Position numbers and translations under genes: made by a program. The notes under the pieces are model-generated. The model ran no database searches, was not told the DNA's origin, and saw only the letters and a program-made list of their open reading frames with translations. Shown in pieces: positions 26,693-39,000 of a stretch of DNA of 64,000 nt. The DNA lies in assembly GCA_040285825.1 (NCBI GenBank), contig JAUPSS010000004.1, positions 5,733,784-5,797,783 on the forward strand, in the 5' to 3' direction. The stretch is from Eukaryota sp. TZLM1-RC. Taxonomy: Eukaryota > Protista > Metamonada: BaSk clade. Positions within the stretch are counted from its first letter, which is position 1. Every line of letters begins with the position of its first letter.

Positions 26693-26919
26693 TTTTTTTA
26701 ATTCGATGAAAATTATTTTGAACGCTGACATAACATTAAACAAAAAACTAGAACTCAATATCCTCAATACACGCATCAACATCATCAAATCTTTTCAGCG
26801 CGCGATTTTCATACTCTATTCCTAATTGTAACAGTGCTTTGGTCAACATTTCTGGAATTGCTTTAAGAATACTGAAAACAATTCTATTGTGCCAGAAATT
26901 GAAGTTCAATTCTTTTCCT

Positions 26920-29900
26920 TTTTTTTGACCAAAATTTTAATTTTATTCTAAACCTATAAATCAACATCTAAAAAATCCATCTCTCCCAAAACAAAAACAC
27001 TAGATGCAACTCTCTCATAGTGAGATCCAAGAGAAAGCAAAGCATCAGAAACCATCTTCAACATCCCCTTAAAAATAGAAAACACAATTCTATTTTGCCA
27101 AAACAATCTGTTGAAATTTCTGCCAGATCTTCTCTTTACAATCATTTCAAAATCATCCAAAAAACGTAAAGCAGTTGGTGCAAGTGAACCAAAAAGTGAA
27201 AATACAAAAGGATACAAATTGTATTTTGTATGCTGTAGACTGGCCAATTTGGACAAAGGTTCATTGTATTTTTTGATTTTGAAATTTTCAGCATTTGAAA
27301 GAGGATTATGAATTTCAGAATTAACAAGCCTTTCATTTGAGGCATTACAAGGATCAACAGACATTACATCCAATAAAATGAAACTTCCATCTAATCCAGG
27401 TAATATAACATCACCTCTATTATTCTTATGAAAATCATCTTCAGCATCAAACAGACTTGACAACAGAGGTTCCAAGAAGGATTCAATTCTATGAGATTTA
27501 CACATACAACATAACTGGTCTCTTACAGCATCATGAACTTTGCTTCTAAAAGTAATAAAATGTTTACAATTTAACAAATGAGTAGTTGTAATTTCTCGAG
27601 AACATTTACAAATTAAATTATGAGGTAAATTATCAGGCCAGATAAAGGAACGAAATCTCATATTCAGAGTCCAAGCAGAATCGGATAAGAGAGTACCATA
27701 AACTTGTGGAATTGTTGTTACTAAGGCAGAAGAAGTACTGTCACACATATCTTGTAAAAGATTTGCAAAAGCGGGATTCTTTTTCTTGGCCAAGCCAAGT
27801 CTAACATCAAAATCCAAGCTTTCAAAAATCTTTGACAATTTTTGTTGAAGCTTTTTACAGCAAAACTGTAAATTAAATAGAGATCGGTTTGGAATTTCTT
27901 GAATTGATTGAGGAAAACATTTGGTCCAAATTTGTGGCGGTAATTTTTCAAGTTCACAAGATAACTCATACAAATAGGGACTACAATTGGGGACTAACAG
28001 ATGAGAATCATCAGGAAATCTACGAGAAAATTCATAAATAAAATTTTTGCCACCACCCAAGAATGCTGATTGACACAAAATTGAAGATTTAGTAAATCCA
28101 ATACCACCCAAAGTTGCTGCAGAAACTAAGTGACTTTTCAACATTCCTGGTACTACATCCAATAAATCAGCAAACAATTCTGTTCTCAATGAATTAAATG
28201 AACGACAAAAATCTAATGCTATGGAAGGAGCACAAGATCTCAAAATGTGGGTTATTCTCCCAGTGTAGCAAATTTTAAGCATGAAAAATTTAATATGCTT
28301 TTCTATATCTAAAGAAGAAATTTTTTTTCTCCCTCCCTTAATCAACCCTCTCATATTTCCCTTTCTGTCACGGCGTCAAAGTCGTACTGTGTCTTTGCCA
28401 AAACGATGCCAGTGACTGACAGTGACTCTGATACTGATTGGAATGCCCAAGTGAAGCTTCTACCCGTCAGATCAAGTTCATCCCCTTCATTCCTCCACTC
28501 TCCCCACCCTCCAAGCTATGCTCGAAATTCTTCCCAAAAAAATTCAAATTCAAAAAATGATCAGTGTGTCGCAAAAAACACAAAACTCTCAAAAAATGTT
28601 CCCCGTTGCTCATCCTGTCATAAAGTTGGTCATAAAAAGAATTCTAAAAAATGTGAAAAATATCAAAATCCATCTACTTCTTATTCTGTAACTGCCGCTG
28701 CTGCTGAATTAAATAATTTAGAATTTAATTTACCTCCCAAACATGAGTGCACTGCAAAAGACAATGATGCAGTGATATTAGACATTTGTTGTGAAGCAGG
28801 TCAAATTGATAATTGTGCTATTTGTAATGAATATTATTATTATTATTTATTTTATTTATTTTAAAAAATAATTTATATGTATGCCATGTTTGCTCCTCAC
28901 TTGATACACTACGGCCTCCATGTAAGATTCCGAATGTTCTCAGTCCCAAGGCTTCCATTCCCTTTTCTGTTGCGTTTAGAACATTCAGTCTTGCTTTGAA
29001 AAAAGGAGAATGGGATGTTTTTTCTATTTAGAAATTCTTCCTTGAACAAAAATCAGGTTCTCGTCCCCAAAAGGTTTTCACTCCAAAGAAACAACCCAAG
29101 AATAAGACTGTACGAAAACTTTTGCTACGTGGGAGATTTGGTTCAGGGAAAAACACTCTGTTCTCATCTGATCTTGCTCCTGTGACTGATGAAACTGTAA
29201 ATCAATTAGTAGATCTGCATCCAGCTGAATTTCTTAATTTGGATAAACCATCTGCTTCACAATTTTGGAAACAAAATCCACTTTCTGAAAAAGAAGTTGA
29301 AACTGCCATTTTTCGTCTTCCATCTGGAAAAGCTCCAGGTCCATCTGGAATAACTTTTGATATGCTGAAATCTGTGTGCCGCCAAAATTCCTTTATTATT
29401 AAAGATTTATGTTCCTTTCTTCAAGATGTTTTGACAATGAAAATTGTTCCACCCAAAGAATTAAGTTCATCACGGTTAGTGGCTTTAACTAAACCTAATG
29501 GAAAAGTTCGCCCGATTGCTATAGGTGAAGCCATTTATCGCCTGATGTCTTCAGTAATTTTTAACCGAGTTTCAACAAAAGCTAAAGAATACTTTTTTCC
29601 ATTCCAATATGGAATCAAAACCATAGATGGAGCTTCAGTTGCGGCTTTGACATCTGATCTATTTTTCAATTGTCACGAAAATAGTTGCATTTTTAATCTT
29701 GATTTCAAAAATGCTTTCAATTCAGTGAAAAGAGATTCAATTTGGAAAGAAATCAAATCAAATTTTCCTGAACTCGAAACCTTTTTTTATAGGTTTTATG
29801 GTAATTCATCTGATTTAATTTTTAATTCTTTTAATCTTGATTCTTTATCAGGAGTTAAACAAGGACCCTTTAGGTCCTTTCTTTTTTTGTCTTGCAATTC

Positions 29901-32900
29901 ACCCAATTTTGAAAAAATTAAAAGAAGAAAATTCCGACCTTCAAGTGGTAGCCTACATGGATGACATTTCTTGTATTGGTCCAGAAAGTACAATTAATAG
30001 GGTTGCTAATGAAGCTGCTACATTATACCAATCCATAGGTCTTGAGTTGAATGTTCAAAAATGTTTTTGTATTTCTAGGAAAAATGTTAAGTTAATAATT
30101 AATTCCCTTGAAGTTCCATATATTGATTATACTTCAACTAGTTTCTGCTTTCTTGGTTGCTATTTAGGTTCCGCCGAAAAAACACTTGATAGCCTTGAAA
30201 ATTATTTAAATTCAATTAAAAAAAGAGCTAGAAGTCATAAAGACTCTTGAATTGGAAAAACATCTTAAGTTTTTCTTTTGAAAATTTGTTATGCTGGAAA
30301 AATTACTCATTTACTGAGATCATTACCTCCATCCCTAACTTACAATTTTTGTAGACAATTTAACAAAATACGTACCCAATTTTTGGCTTATTTAATGTCT
30401 GTTGATCCATCAATTTTGAAAAATCATATTTTTTCTGATGTTCAACTTGGCGGTGTTGGATTCAATTCATCAAAATATTTGACCAAAGCTGCATTTATTG
30501 GTGGTGGAAAAAATTTTGTATTTGAATTCTCCAGAAGATATCCTTTTGCCGAAAATCTTCTTGAAACTACAAATAGCCTATTCCTCGATAACTTAAGAGA
30601 AGAAATTCCAGTTTATCTCCCGACTTATGGCAATCATGTTTCCCCATATCCATTCAAGAAATTCCAGACAGAAGTTTGTATTCATTAAAATTTGCGTTGA
30701 AAAAGCTCCAACGACATCTTTTGAAAAAATTTGAAAGCAAGGATTTTATTGTTCGACTTAGCACGGCTAAGAAAGAAAATCCTGCTTTTGCAAATTTTTT
30801 GATTGATTTGAAGGACAGTTCATCTGCAGTTTTGATAAATCAAATTCACCAGATTTATGGCCTATTTTTGAATGACGACCAATGGAGCACTGCTATGAGA
30901 ATGCGTTGTTATTTATGGCCTTGTAATTTGCCCAATGATTTGTTTTGCAAATGTGGAGCTGGTTTGACATTATCACATTTATTTAATTGTAATAGATTTA
31001 TTTCCTATCGTTCTACGTTGCATGATGCAGTCAGAGATCAAATCCATGCAATGTGTAATTCCTATCATATTGAATCTTTTGTAGAACCATTGTTGAGGTC
31101 TCTTGATATAAATGAAAGCGTAAGAGATTCAGAATATGGAAAACCACGTGCTGATGTTGTTGTGCCCTCGTTTGATGATGTCATGAATGTTGTTGATGTC
31201 GTAACAGTGGATGTTTGCAAGAAAAATGCCTTGAAAAATGCTCAATCCGAAGTATCCCCCCTTGATGACTCCGAATTGTACAAACGGAAAAAGTATGCAA
31301 ATCCTTTAAAAGAATTGAAACATGTTCGCCATGTAGATTACCAAATTTGCCCATTTGCTATATCGTATGGTCGTCTTGGAAAAACTGCTTTAAATTTTAT
31401 TGATGATTTTGAAAATCTTGTGAAAAGAAGAATGAATAAGCGTTTTGATCGTCGCTTGTGGCTAAATCGTATTGTTTTTACTATTTTCAAATCAATTCCT
31501 AAAATGATTTCGAAAGCTTTAATGTCTGTCAGTGCACATTACGAAGAAATTGCTGTTGTGAGGTTTGATGGTGTGGAAGCTTGTTTTGAAGATATTGACT
31601 TTTAGACTGTAGTTTAATAATAAATTGAAATTAATAAAAAAAAGAAGAAATTGAATCAAGTTCAATTTTCATTTTTTCCAAAATAACTTGCAATTCATTC
31701 TGAATTTGAGGCACGTTTCCTAACCAACAACCAAGGAACTTAAAAGCATCACTAGTATAATTAGTAAAAGGGACAATAGAATCGTTTATCACAAGATCTT
31801 GAGCAGAAGAGCCAATCAGAAGACATTTGCTCGCATTAAGATAAAGCCCAATATTTTCATATGAATCGGCAATTTCTTGAGCAACCAATTCTAGTAAATC
31901 AAATGAACCAACCAAGGAGATATCATCCATATAAGCAACTATTTTTATGGAAGGGTATTTTTGCTTAATGATATTTAAAGTTTTGTGAATAGCTAAACAA
32001 AACAATAATGGGCCTAAAGGATCACCTTGCTTCACACCAGAAGATGATTTAAGACCAAATGAATTATAAATTAAATCTGATTCTTTCCCATAAAAATGAT
32101 AGAAAAAACTCGATAGCTCAGGAAAATCAGATTTTATTACTTCAAAAATTGCTTCTCGCTTTACAGAATTAAAAGCATTTTTAAAGTCAAGATTAAAAAT
32201 ATAATTATTTTCCTCTGCATTAAAAAAAGTATCTGAGGCAATAGCAGCAACAGAAGCACCATCAATTGTTTTGATTCCAAATTGATGAGGATTCAAAAAT
32301 GTAGAAGCTTTGTCTTTGACACGATCGAAGACAATTGATGCCAGCAAACGAGATAGAGATTCACCAACGGCAATTGGGCGTATTCCATCAGGTTTAATTC
32401 CATTACCAGGCTTTACCAAAGCAATCAGACGTGCAGCAAGTAATTCAAAAGCAGGATTAATTTTCAAAACAATTAATTGTTGAAAATAATGGGCTAGATC
32501 ATCGGCAATTTCGGGAGCACTGGAACACGCTATTTTTAACAGATCAAAAGAAATTCCAGATGGGCCTGCTGCTTTCCCCTTTGGTAATTTTTGAATAGCT
32601 TTAAGAACTTCAATTGCAGTAATAGGATTTTCAATCCAAAAAGGACACACTTCAGGCTTGCTGCACTTGAAATTTTCTTGAGGATGCAACTTTTGAAGTT
32701 TTTCAAGGGTATTAGAGTTTGCATCAGCCAAGGAAGAGGAAAACAAGGACTGTTTTGCAGCACCATAACGACCATGTAAGCACAATTTTCGGCAAATTTT
32801 TGATTTTACAATTTTTCTATTTCCAAATTTTTTTTTAAAACAATTTTTGTTTTTTCGAGCAAAACATTTCCAGAAGGATGAAATATTCCACTTATTATTT

Positions 32901-33746
32901 TTCAATTCAGAAGTAAAATTGCTCATTTCCATTTAGAAGGGAATTGTACTGGCGGGGCTAATTTCTACTGGGATCTGGGTCGGGGGTCTTACGGTATCAG
33001 CAGCTTTACAATTGGTACAAAACAGAAGTTTTCGACCATTTCTTGAATCTGTAACATTTTTTTTGCAAAATGGACAACAAAAATTATTGTTTTCAGAAGG
33101 GGAAAAAGAGTGAGCACTAGAAGCATTCAAATGTTGATCGTCAGAAACATTATTTTCAGCACCTTTCACATCGGCATCAGCTGGAACAGAACATTCGAGA
33201 ATTTGTTGAGCAGATTTTAATTCAATTTCTCTTTTTTGTTTTTCAGGGTATGTTCTCGAATTATGACCACTGATACCACAAATCGAACATTTTTTAAAAT
33301 TTTTTTAATGGCAATGGTTTCATTTTTTCAGTTATTTCTATTTTGTCAATTTGTGAGTTAAAAGTAGAAGTAGATTTTTGATTTTTTCCAGTTTCAGCAG
33401 GAAAAAACAAATTTCGAGAAACGGAGTTGTTAATAGAACGCGCAACAGAACGTAAGGATCGTAATTGTGGTTTTTGTGGTTTTTGTGTGTTTTTTCTGGT
33501 GCAATGATCAGTTTTTGAATGAAAATTTTTTTGAGATGAATTTCGAGCATAGCTTGTATTGTGGGGAGAGTGGAGAAGTGAAGAAGATAAGCTTGATCTG
33601 ACTGGCAGAATCTTTACTCGGGAGTTCCAATCAGTATCAGAGTCACTATCAGCCAATGGCATCGTTTTGACAGAGAAACAGTAAGACTTTGACGCCCTGA
33701 CAGAAAGTGAAATATGAGAGGGCTGACTAAGGGAGGGAGAAAAAAA
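26920..33746 (-). mobile_element. Full-length family B element (~3.5 kb without its insert), split by a full-length A
   Basis: Leader at 33746, ATG 33662, ORF pieces 33294-33662, 32933-33169, 31631-32932 (RT) and 26954-28320 (RLE). 15-bp TSD TTCAATTCTTTTCCT (26905-26919 / 33752-33766). Confidence 0.9.
28323..31640 (+). mobile_element. Full-length family A element (degenerating) inserted antisense in B
   Basis: T-run leader, ATG 28406, stop 31605. TSD AAAGAAGAAATT (28311-28322 / 31641-31652). Confidence 0.92.
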
Positions 33747-34240
33747 TTCTTTTCAATTCTTTTCCTGCTCTTTCTTTTATTAAACTTCTGAAACCTTCAA
33801 GAAATTTAATGCCAGATATTCCAATGTTACCGAAAAGAGAAACAGCAAATGGAACCAACTGATACTTGACATGACATTTCAACACATCCTAGCTGAGATA
33901 AGGGTTCATTGTACTTTTTGATTTTGCTCTTTTCAGCAAAGCAAAGTGGAGTTTCATCTCTTTTAGCAAAATCAATTGCTGAGTCTTTACAAACATCAAC
34001 AGTGACAACATCAACAACTTTAATAACACCATCAGACGCAGGGGTAATTAAATCAGCACGGCGTTTCCCAAAAGTATTTTCATCTTCATTTTCAGATGAC
34101 AACCTTCGCACAAGTGGTTCAACAAAAGCTTCAATGTGATGACTTTTGCACATAGCGTATAGTTGGTCTCTAACAGCATCGTGAACAACTGAGCGATATG
34201 TAATATTAAATTTGCAATTAAATAAATGATTCAGATTAAT

Positions 34241-34890
34241 TTTTTTTTAATAATTTTAATTTATTAAACTACATTCTAAAAGTCAATATCTTCAAAACAA
34301 GCTTCCACACCATCAAACCTCACAACAGCAATTTCTTCGTAATGTGCACTGACAGACATCAAAGCTTTCGAAATCATTTTAGGAATTGATTTGAAAATAG
34401 TAAAAACAATACGATTTAAACAATTCTTTGACAACTTCATCATTATTTCCTAAAAACGAATTCAGAAGACGAAGAGCACCAATTGAATGTAATTTGGCTT
34501 GAATTTCAATACAATCAACTGATGTAGAAGCTGGAGAATTCGAAAGTAAAACACATTTCAGTAGATTTAGTAGGATGCCAATTTTGTTAAATAATTCTAT
34601 GAAACATACAGTTGCTTCTCCGACGATTTTTAAGTCACCTATAAGAACAACATCATCCATATAAGCAATCATTTTTAGAGAATGAAACATCTCTTGAATT
34701 TGTAATAAAATAGGATGAATGGCCAAGCAAAAAAAGCGGTCCTACAGAATCTCTTCGCTTAACACCACTTGATGATTTCAAAATAAACTCAATAAAATAC
34801 AAATCAAATTTTGTGCAATAAGCTGTTTGAAAATAAGGCATTAATTCTGGCAAATAATGTAACAAAGTACTATGAATATTAGACAGTTTT
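34241..34890 (-). mobile_element. A 3' tail plus a decayed E-like RT fragment
   Basis: A terminus at 34241-34420. ORFs 34379-34865 contain MIAYMDD. Confidence 0.75.
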
Positions 34891-34901
34891 TTGGACTAAT
34901 A

Positions 34902-35792
34902 TTTTTTTAACTGGAATATTTATTGAGATAAAAAAACCCATCTAGAATTCAATATCCTCCAAACATGCGTCACTATTACTGAACCTACTCACAGCATTAC
35001 GTTCATATTCTACACCAATAGCTAAAAGTGCCTTTGAAATCATTGTTGGAATAGACTGGAAAATGCAAAAAACAATTCTATTTATCCAGAAAGTGGAGTT
35101 CATTGTTTTACCAGACCTATTCAGTAACACTTTTTTTGAAATTTTCAAAAAAGTGCAACCCTGAAGGTCCAATATTGCCAAAAAGAGAAATTGCAAACGG
35201 CACAAACTGATATTTCACATGTTCCACTCTACCTATCTGTGCCAAAGGTTCTTCATATTTTTTTATCTTCTTTTTTTCGGCGTTAGATAACGGCGAATCA
35301 GCGGAATACACTAAACGAGCAGCAGAATTTTTGCAAACATCAACTGAGACAACATCTACAACATTGAGAACACCATCGATCCCTGGAGCTACTAAATCTG
35401 CCCTTCTTTTACCAAAGGAATCATCCGTTTGATCTGAAGACAGCTTATGTACTAGTGGCTCAATAAATGCCTCTATATTGAAACTTTTGCACATGGCATA
35501 TAATTGATCACGAACTGAGTCATGAACAATTGAGCGATAAGTTATAAAATACTTACAGTTTAAAATATGGGAAAGCGTAACAACACTCCTGCAACGACAA
35601 ATTAAATCATTTGGTAATGAACAAGGCCATAGAAAACATCTCATTCTCATTGCAGTGGTCCATTGGTGATCATTAAGTAGAAGGCCATAAATGTTGGGAA
35701 TTTGGGAGATTAGGCAACTTGAGCAACTGTCTTCAAGATCAATCAAAAAGTTTGCAAAAACGGGATTTTTTTCCTTAGCCAAGCTAAGACGA
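34902..35792 (-). mobile_element. 5'-truncated family F copy
   Basis: ORFs 35117-35782 and 34942-35205, near-identical to 13886-14592. Confidence 0.88.
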
Positions 35793-36060
35793 AATTAATT
35801 AAAAAAATGCATGGAACGAATGGCAGAGCGGTCCTGTAAACAAGTTACCTGTAACTACCGTTTTGGATAAAATTGTAAACCTTAACAATCCTTTTGATTA
35901 GCATTAAGAACTTCAAATCCAAGTCAATTGTGTAGAATGATGGTCAAAGGTGGTGAGGGTTCAAATGCAAACAGAATATTAAAAACAATAATTAATAAAG
36001 CTAATCAATGTGAAATTTATTTACAAAGTCACTATGTACAAACAAATGATTTACAATGAT

Positions 36061-39000
36061 TTACCCATGAAGAGACCTTCTTCGTGAGTTAATGATTCCT
36101 GGTTGATGATCTCTGGGGGAGAAGACGTGGTCCTTAATGATGTCAATTAATTTGCTGAATTTAACATTTCTATTTTTATAAATTTTCTTATTTTTGTTAC
36201 TGATAACTACCTCCAAACCTTTTCCGCCTTCAACATTATCGTTTGTCACAGTAACGACAATTTTGGCTTTTTTGCAATCCAAATCTCCTTGGCTTAGAGG
36301 GCTATGAACGCACAGACCCATTGATCTCAGGTGCGTCGCGACCTTGACTTGTGGAGCAACAAGCGCGAGATTGGAAGCATTTTTGCGAAGAACAATAGCG
36401 AAAGCTGGTGGTATCTCCTCACCAATCAGTTTCCTTCTTAATTCCATCAAAAGGTTAACATCAATTTCAAATCCCACGTAATAATAATAAGAATTGTTGA
36501 ACTTACGTTTAAAAAGACCACCAGCAAAATAGGTTGAACATTCAACAGAAAAATCGACCAAATTTTGGTTGTTTTTCTGTGAAAAATAAGGATCATACTT
36601 CAAAATTTGCCCCAATCCCAATTGAATAAGTGTAGAACAAAAGATAGAGACAATATCATGATCTTTTGGTAACTCCCCGCCTAATTCTACTATAGATTTA
36701 TAGTTGTTAAAGGATTCCTCTAAGCAAGAAGCTGGTGGCAAAGATTCAAAAACAGTCGTACTGAAATTAATTTGAGGTAAATTAATTCTTGAATTCTCCA
36801 ATAAATCCGAATAAAGAGCAAAAGATAGTAATTGTAGAAAGGAACAAAAAAGCAAAACACGTTCCCTAAAAGAAGAAGATTCATAAGGAACCAGCTCAGT
36901 GTAAGTCAAATAAAAATGTTGAACGTTTTCCTTTACCACCTTGAATGTTTCATAAATAGGTGAATTTAAACCAGTTTCAATTGCTGAGCTAATAAACCAG
37001 GACAAATAGCAAAACTTTTTTGGTAAAATGGTTCCAAATTTAGTAACATCTGGGTTAGGTAATGGGACATACATTGCCCCAAACAATTCAAGCATTGTCG
37101 TCATCGTGCGAAGTACTTCCCCCAAGGTTGAGTAATAAGATATTGGTTTTACTGTGGAGACTGTCTGGTTTGATGATGGAATTGAGGATTTGAGCATTAA
37201 TATTTGGTTAATCTTTGATAATACTTCAGGATCCTTAATTTGCTCAATTTGACCTAATAAAGTCTTTATAGGAATATTTGAAAAGAAATCATTGAAAATT
37301 TCCTGGGCAGATGGTCTTTTTGCAGGGTCTTTATGAGTCATTTTACGGATTAATTCAGCAATTCGAGGGTAATTTTGGGTTAAGCTAGCTGGTAACTCAG
37401 TTTCATATAGATTATTTAATAGAAAAATCCTTTCAGACTGAGTGACACAGGGGAAATAAATCTCAAACAAAACAATTCCTGCAGCATAAATATCTAATTT
37501 GGTACTGTAGAAATCAATTTCTGACAAATTAGAACTCCTTAATTCAGGAGCCATATAAAGAGCCGTCCCACCATGGCCACCATCTGAGCAAAATAATTGA
37601 TGTTTTTCAGAAACAGTAAGTCCAAAATCACCTATTTTACAGCTACCAATGTCATCATCATAAACATCAGAATCAGAATCAATCAAAATTGACTGAGAAC
37701 CGACCGAACCTCTTCTTTTCTCTGTATTTCTCTGAATTAAAATGTTTGCTGGCTTAATGTCCCTGTGAACCAACAAAGAATTACAGTGAATGTCAACTAA
37801 TCCAAGAATAATCTCCTTGAATAATCTTAATTTAGTTGCATCAGAAAAAAAGGTTTCCGTATCTAACTGACGCTGAATAGCATCTTTGAGAGTATCATCA
37901 CAGAATTCCATTTGAATCAGCAAAACCATTGGCTCTTCTGGATCAGGTAATTGACTGGGAGTTTCCAAAGAGGAAAGTGGTGACGTTTTGGGTGACGTTT
38001 GGGTGGTGTCGTCTTCAAAAACAATGAAATCATCAAAATCATCAGACAAATTATTTGACAATTGAGGTGAAAACTCAAACTGATCTGATTCTGTATCATA
38101 TTCGCTTTCTGCAGAGTCCACGGCAGAGCAAAGTAGGGTGCTCGATAGTGTTTCGCTCCTTGAAACACGATGGGTGATGTAAGACATTGACCTTCGTAAT
38201 CCTGATTTGATTGAAACTTCACTCCTGAAGGATTCAGATTCAATCAAACTGGATTGATTGTTAACCGTTCGACTGTCATCAACTGTCGAATCGTATGAAC
38301 AACCAGGACTCTTATCCAAGGAAGTCAATGCCGTAACTGTTTCCTTATCAAGTTTAGATAGTGGTTCTTTCCAAGTATGAAAATAACTGACAACGTGGTT
38401 AGAATGAATTTTGGAGAGAGCCACGGCTTCTTTGACTGCTTCATTCACATCCGATTCCCTTGCCATTAACACTTGCTTTATCGCGTAGGTATTACCGTCT
38501 ATTTTGTTTCTGCACTTCACTACTCGACCCCCTCCGCCTCTTCCTAGTTCACAAATCTGCTCAAAGAATGTTTGGTAATGAGATTGTATGTGTGAAACCT
38601 CAGGAGTGAATGACATCAGTTTTCTATCAGCTGACGTCAGTGAAGTGGAAGGTAACGGAGCTGAGGAGCATGGGATGGATGGAACTGTTGGGGTATGGGT
38701 GGACTGTGGAAGAGGAGAAGCGGGGATGGGGGAAGGGGGTGATGAAGCTGGTTTGAGCGAGGAGAGAAGAGTCCTACGAGCAGAAAAGACACGGGATTGC
38801 TCTTGCTTGGTGAGGAGGCGTTCAGAGGAAAGTTTGGAATGAGGAGAGAGGAGAGTCTTGTCAGGGGTTTTGGTTTCCAAGTAGCTACGTGCTTCGTAGA
38901 GGAGAGCGAAAAGCATCGGAGAACCAAGATGGGAATGTGCAATGGACCGAAGACGTTCGAGTAACTTAGCAGAAATGTCAGATGAAACTTCAAAGATTGA

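Larger units (their letters stand above)
26693..34240 (-). mobile_element. Second family D copy (3' end), split by full-length B
   Basis: 26693-26919 encodes ...DACIEDIEF*. Resumes at 33752-34240 (ORF 33827-34153). Confidence 0.82.
1..35792. mobile_element. Gene-free nested island of CRE-like (RLE) non-LTR retrotransposons, at least 7 families
   Basis: Nearly every base maps to RT/RLE coding fragments or 3' tails. Motifs: RPIAIGE, LDFKNAFNSV, KQGDPLGP, AYMDD, CxC..HxxxC, HDAVRD..EP..RxD..D..K. Many junctions carry TSDs. Confidence 0.93.

Noticed and set aside
1-35792. Sequence-specific target (spliced-leader, rDNA or telomere repeat) for the CRE-like elements
   Set aside because: The TSDs are unrelated to each other, and no SL array, rDNA or telomeric repeat is visible.
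35815-35970. tRNA-like A-box (TGGCAGAGCGG) and B-box (GGTTCAAAT)
   Set aside because: The boxes are ~130 bp apart, and no acceptor, D or anticodon stems can be formed, so it is not called a tRNA or SINE.
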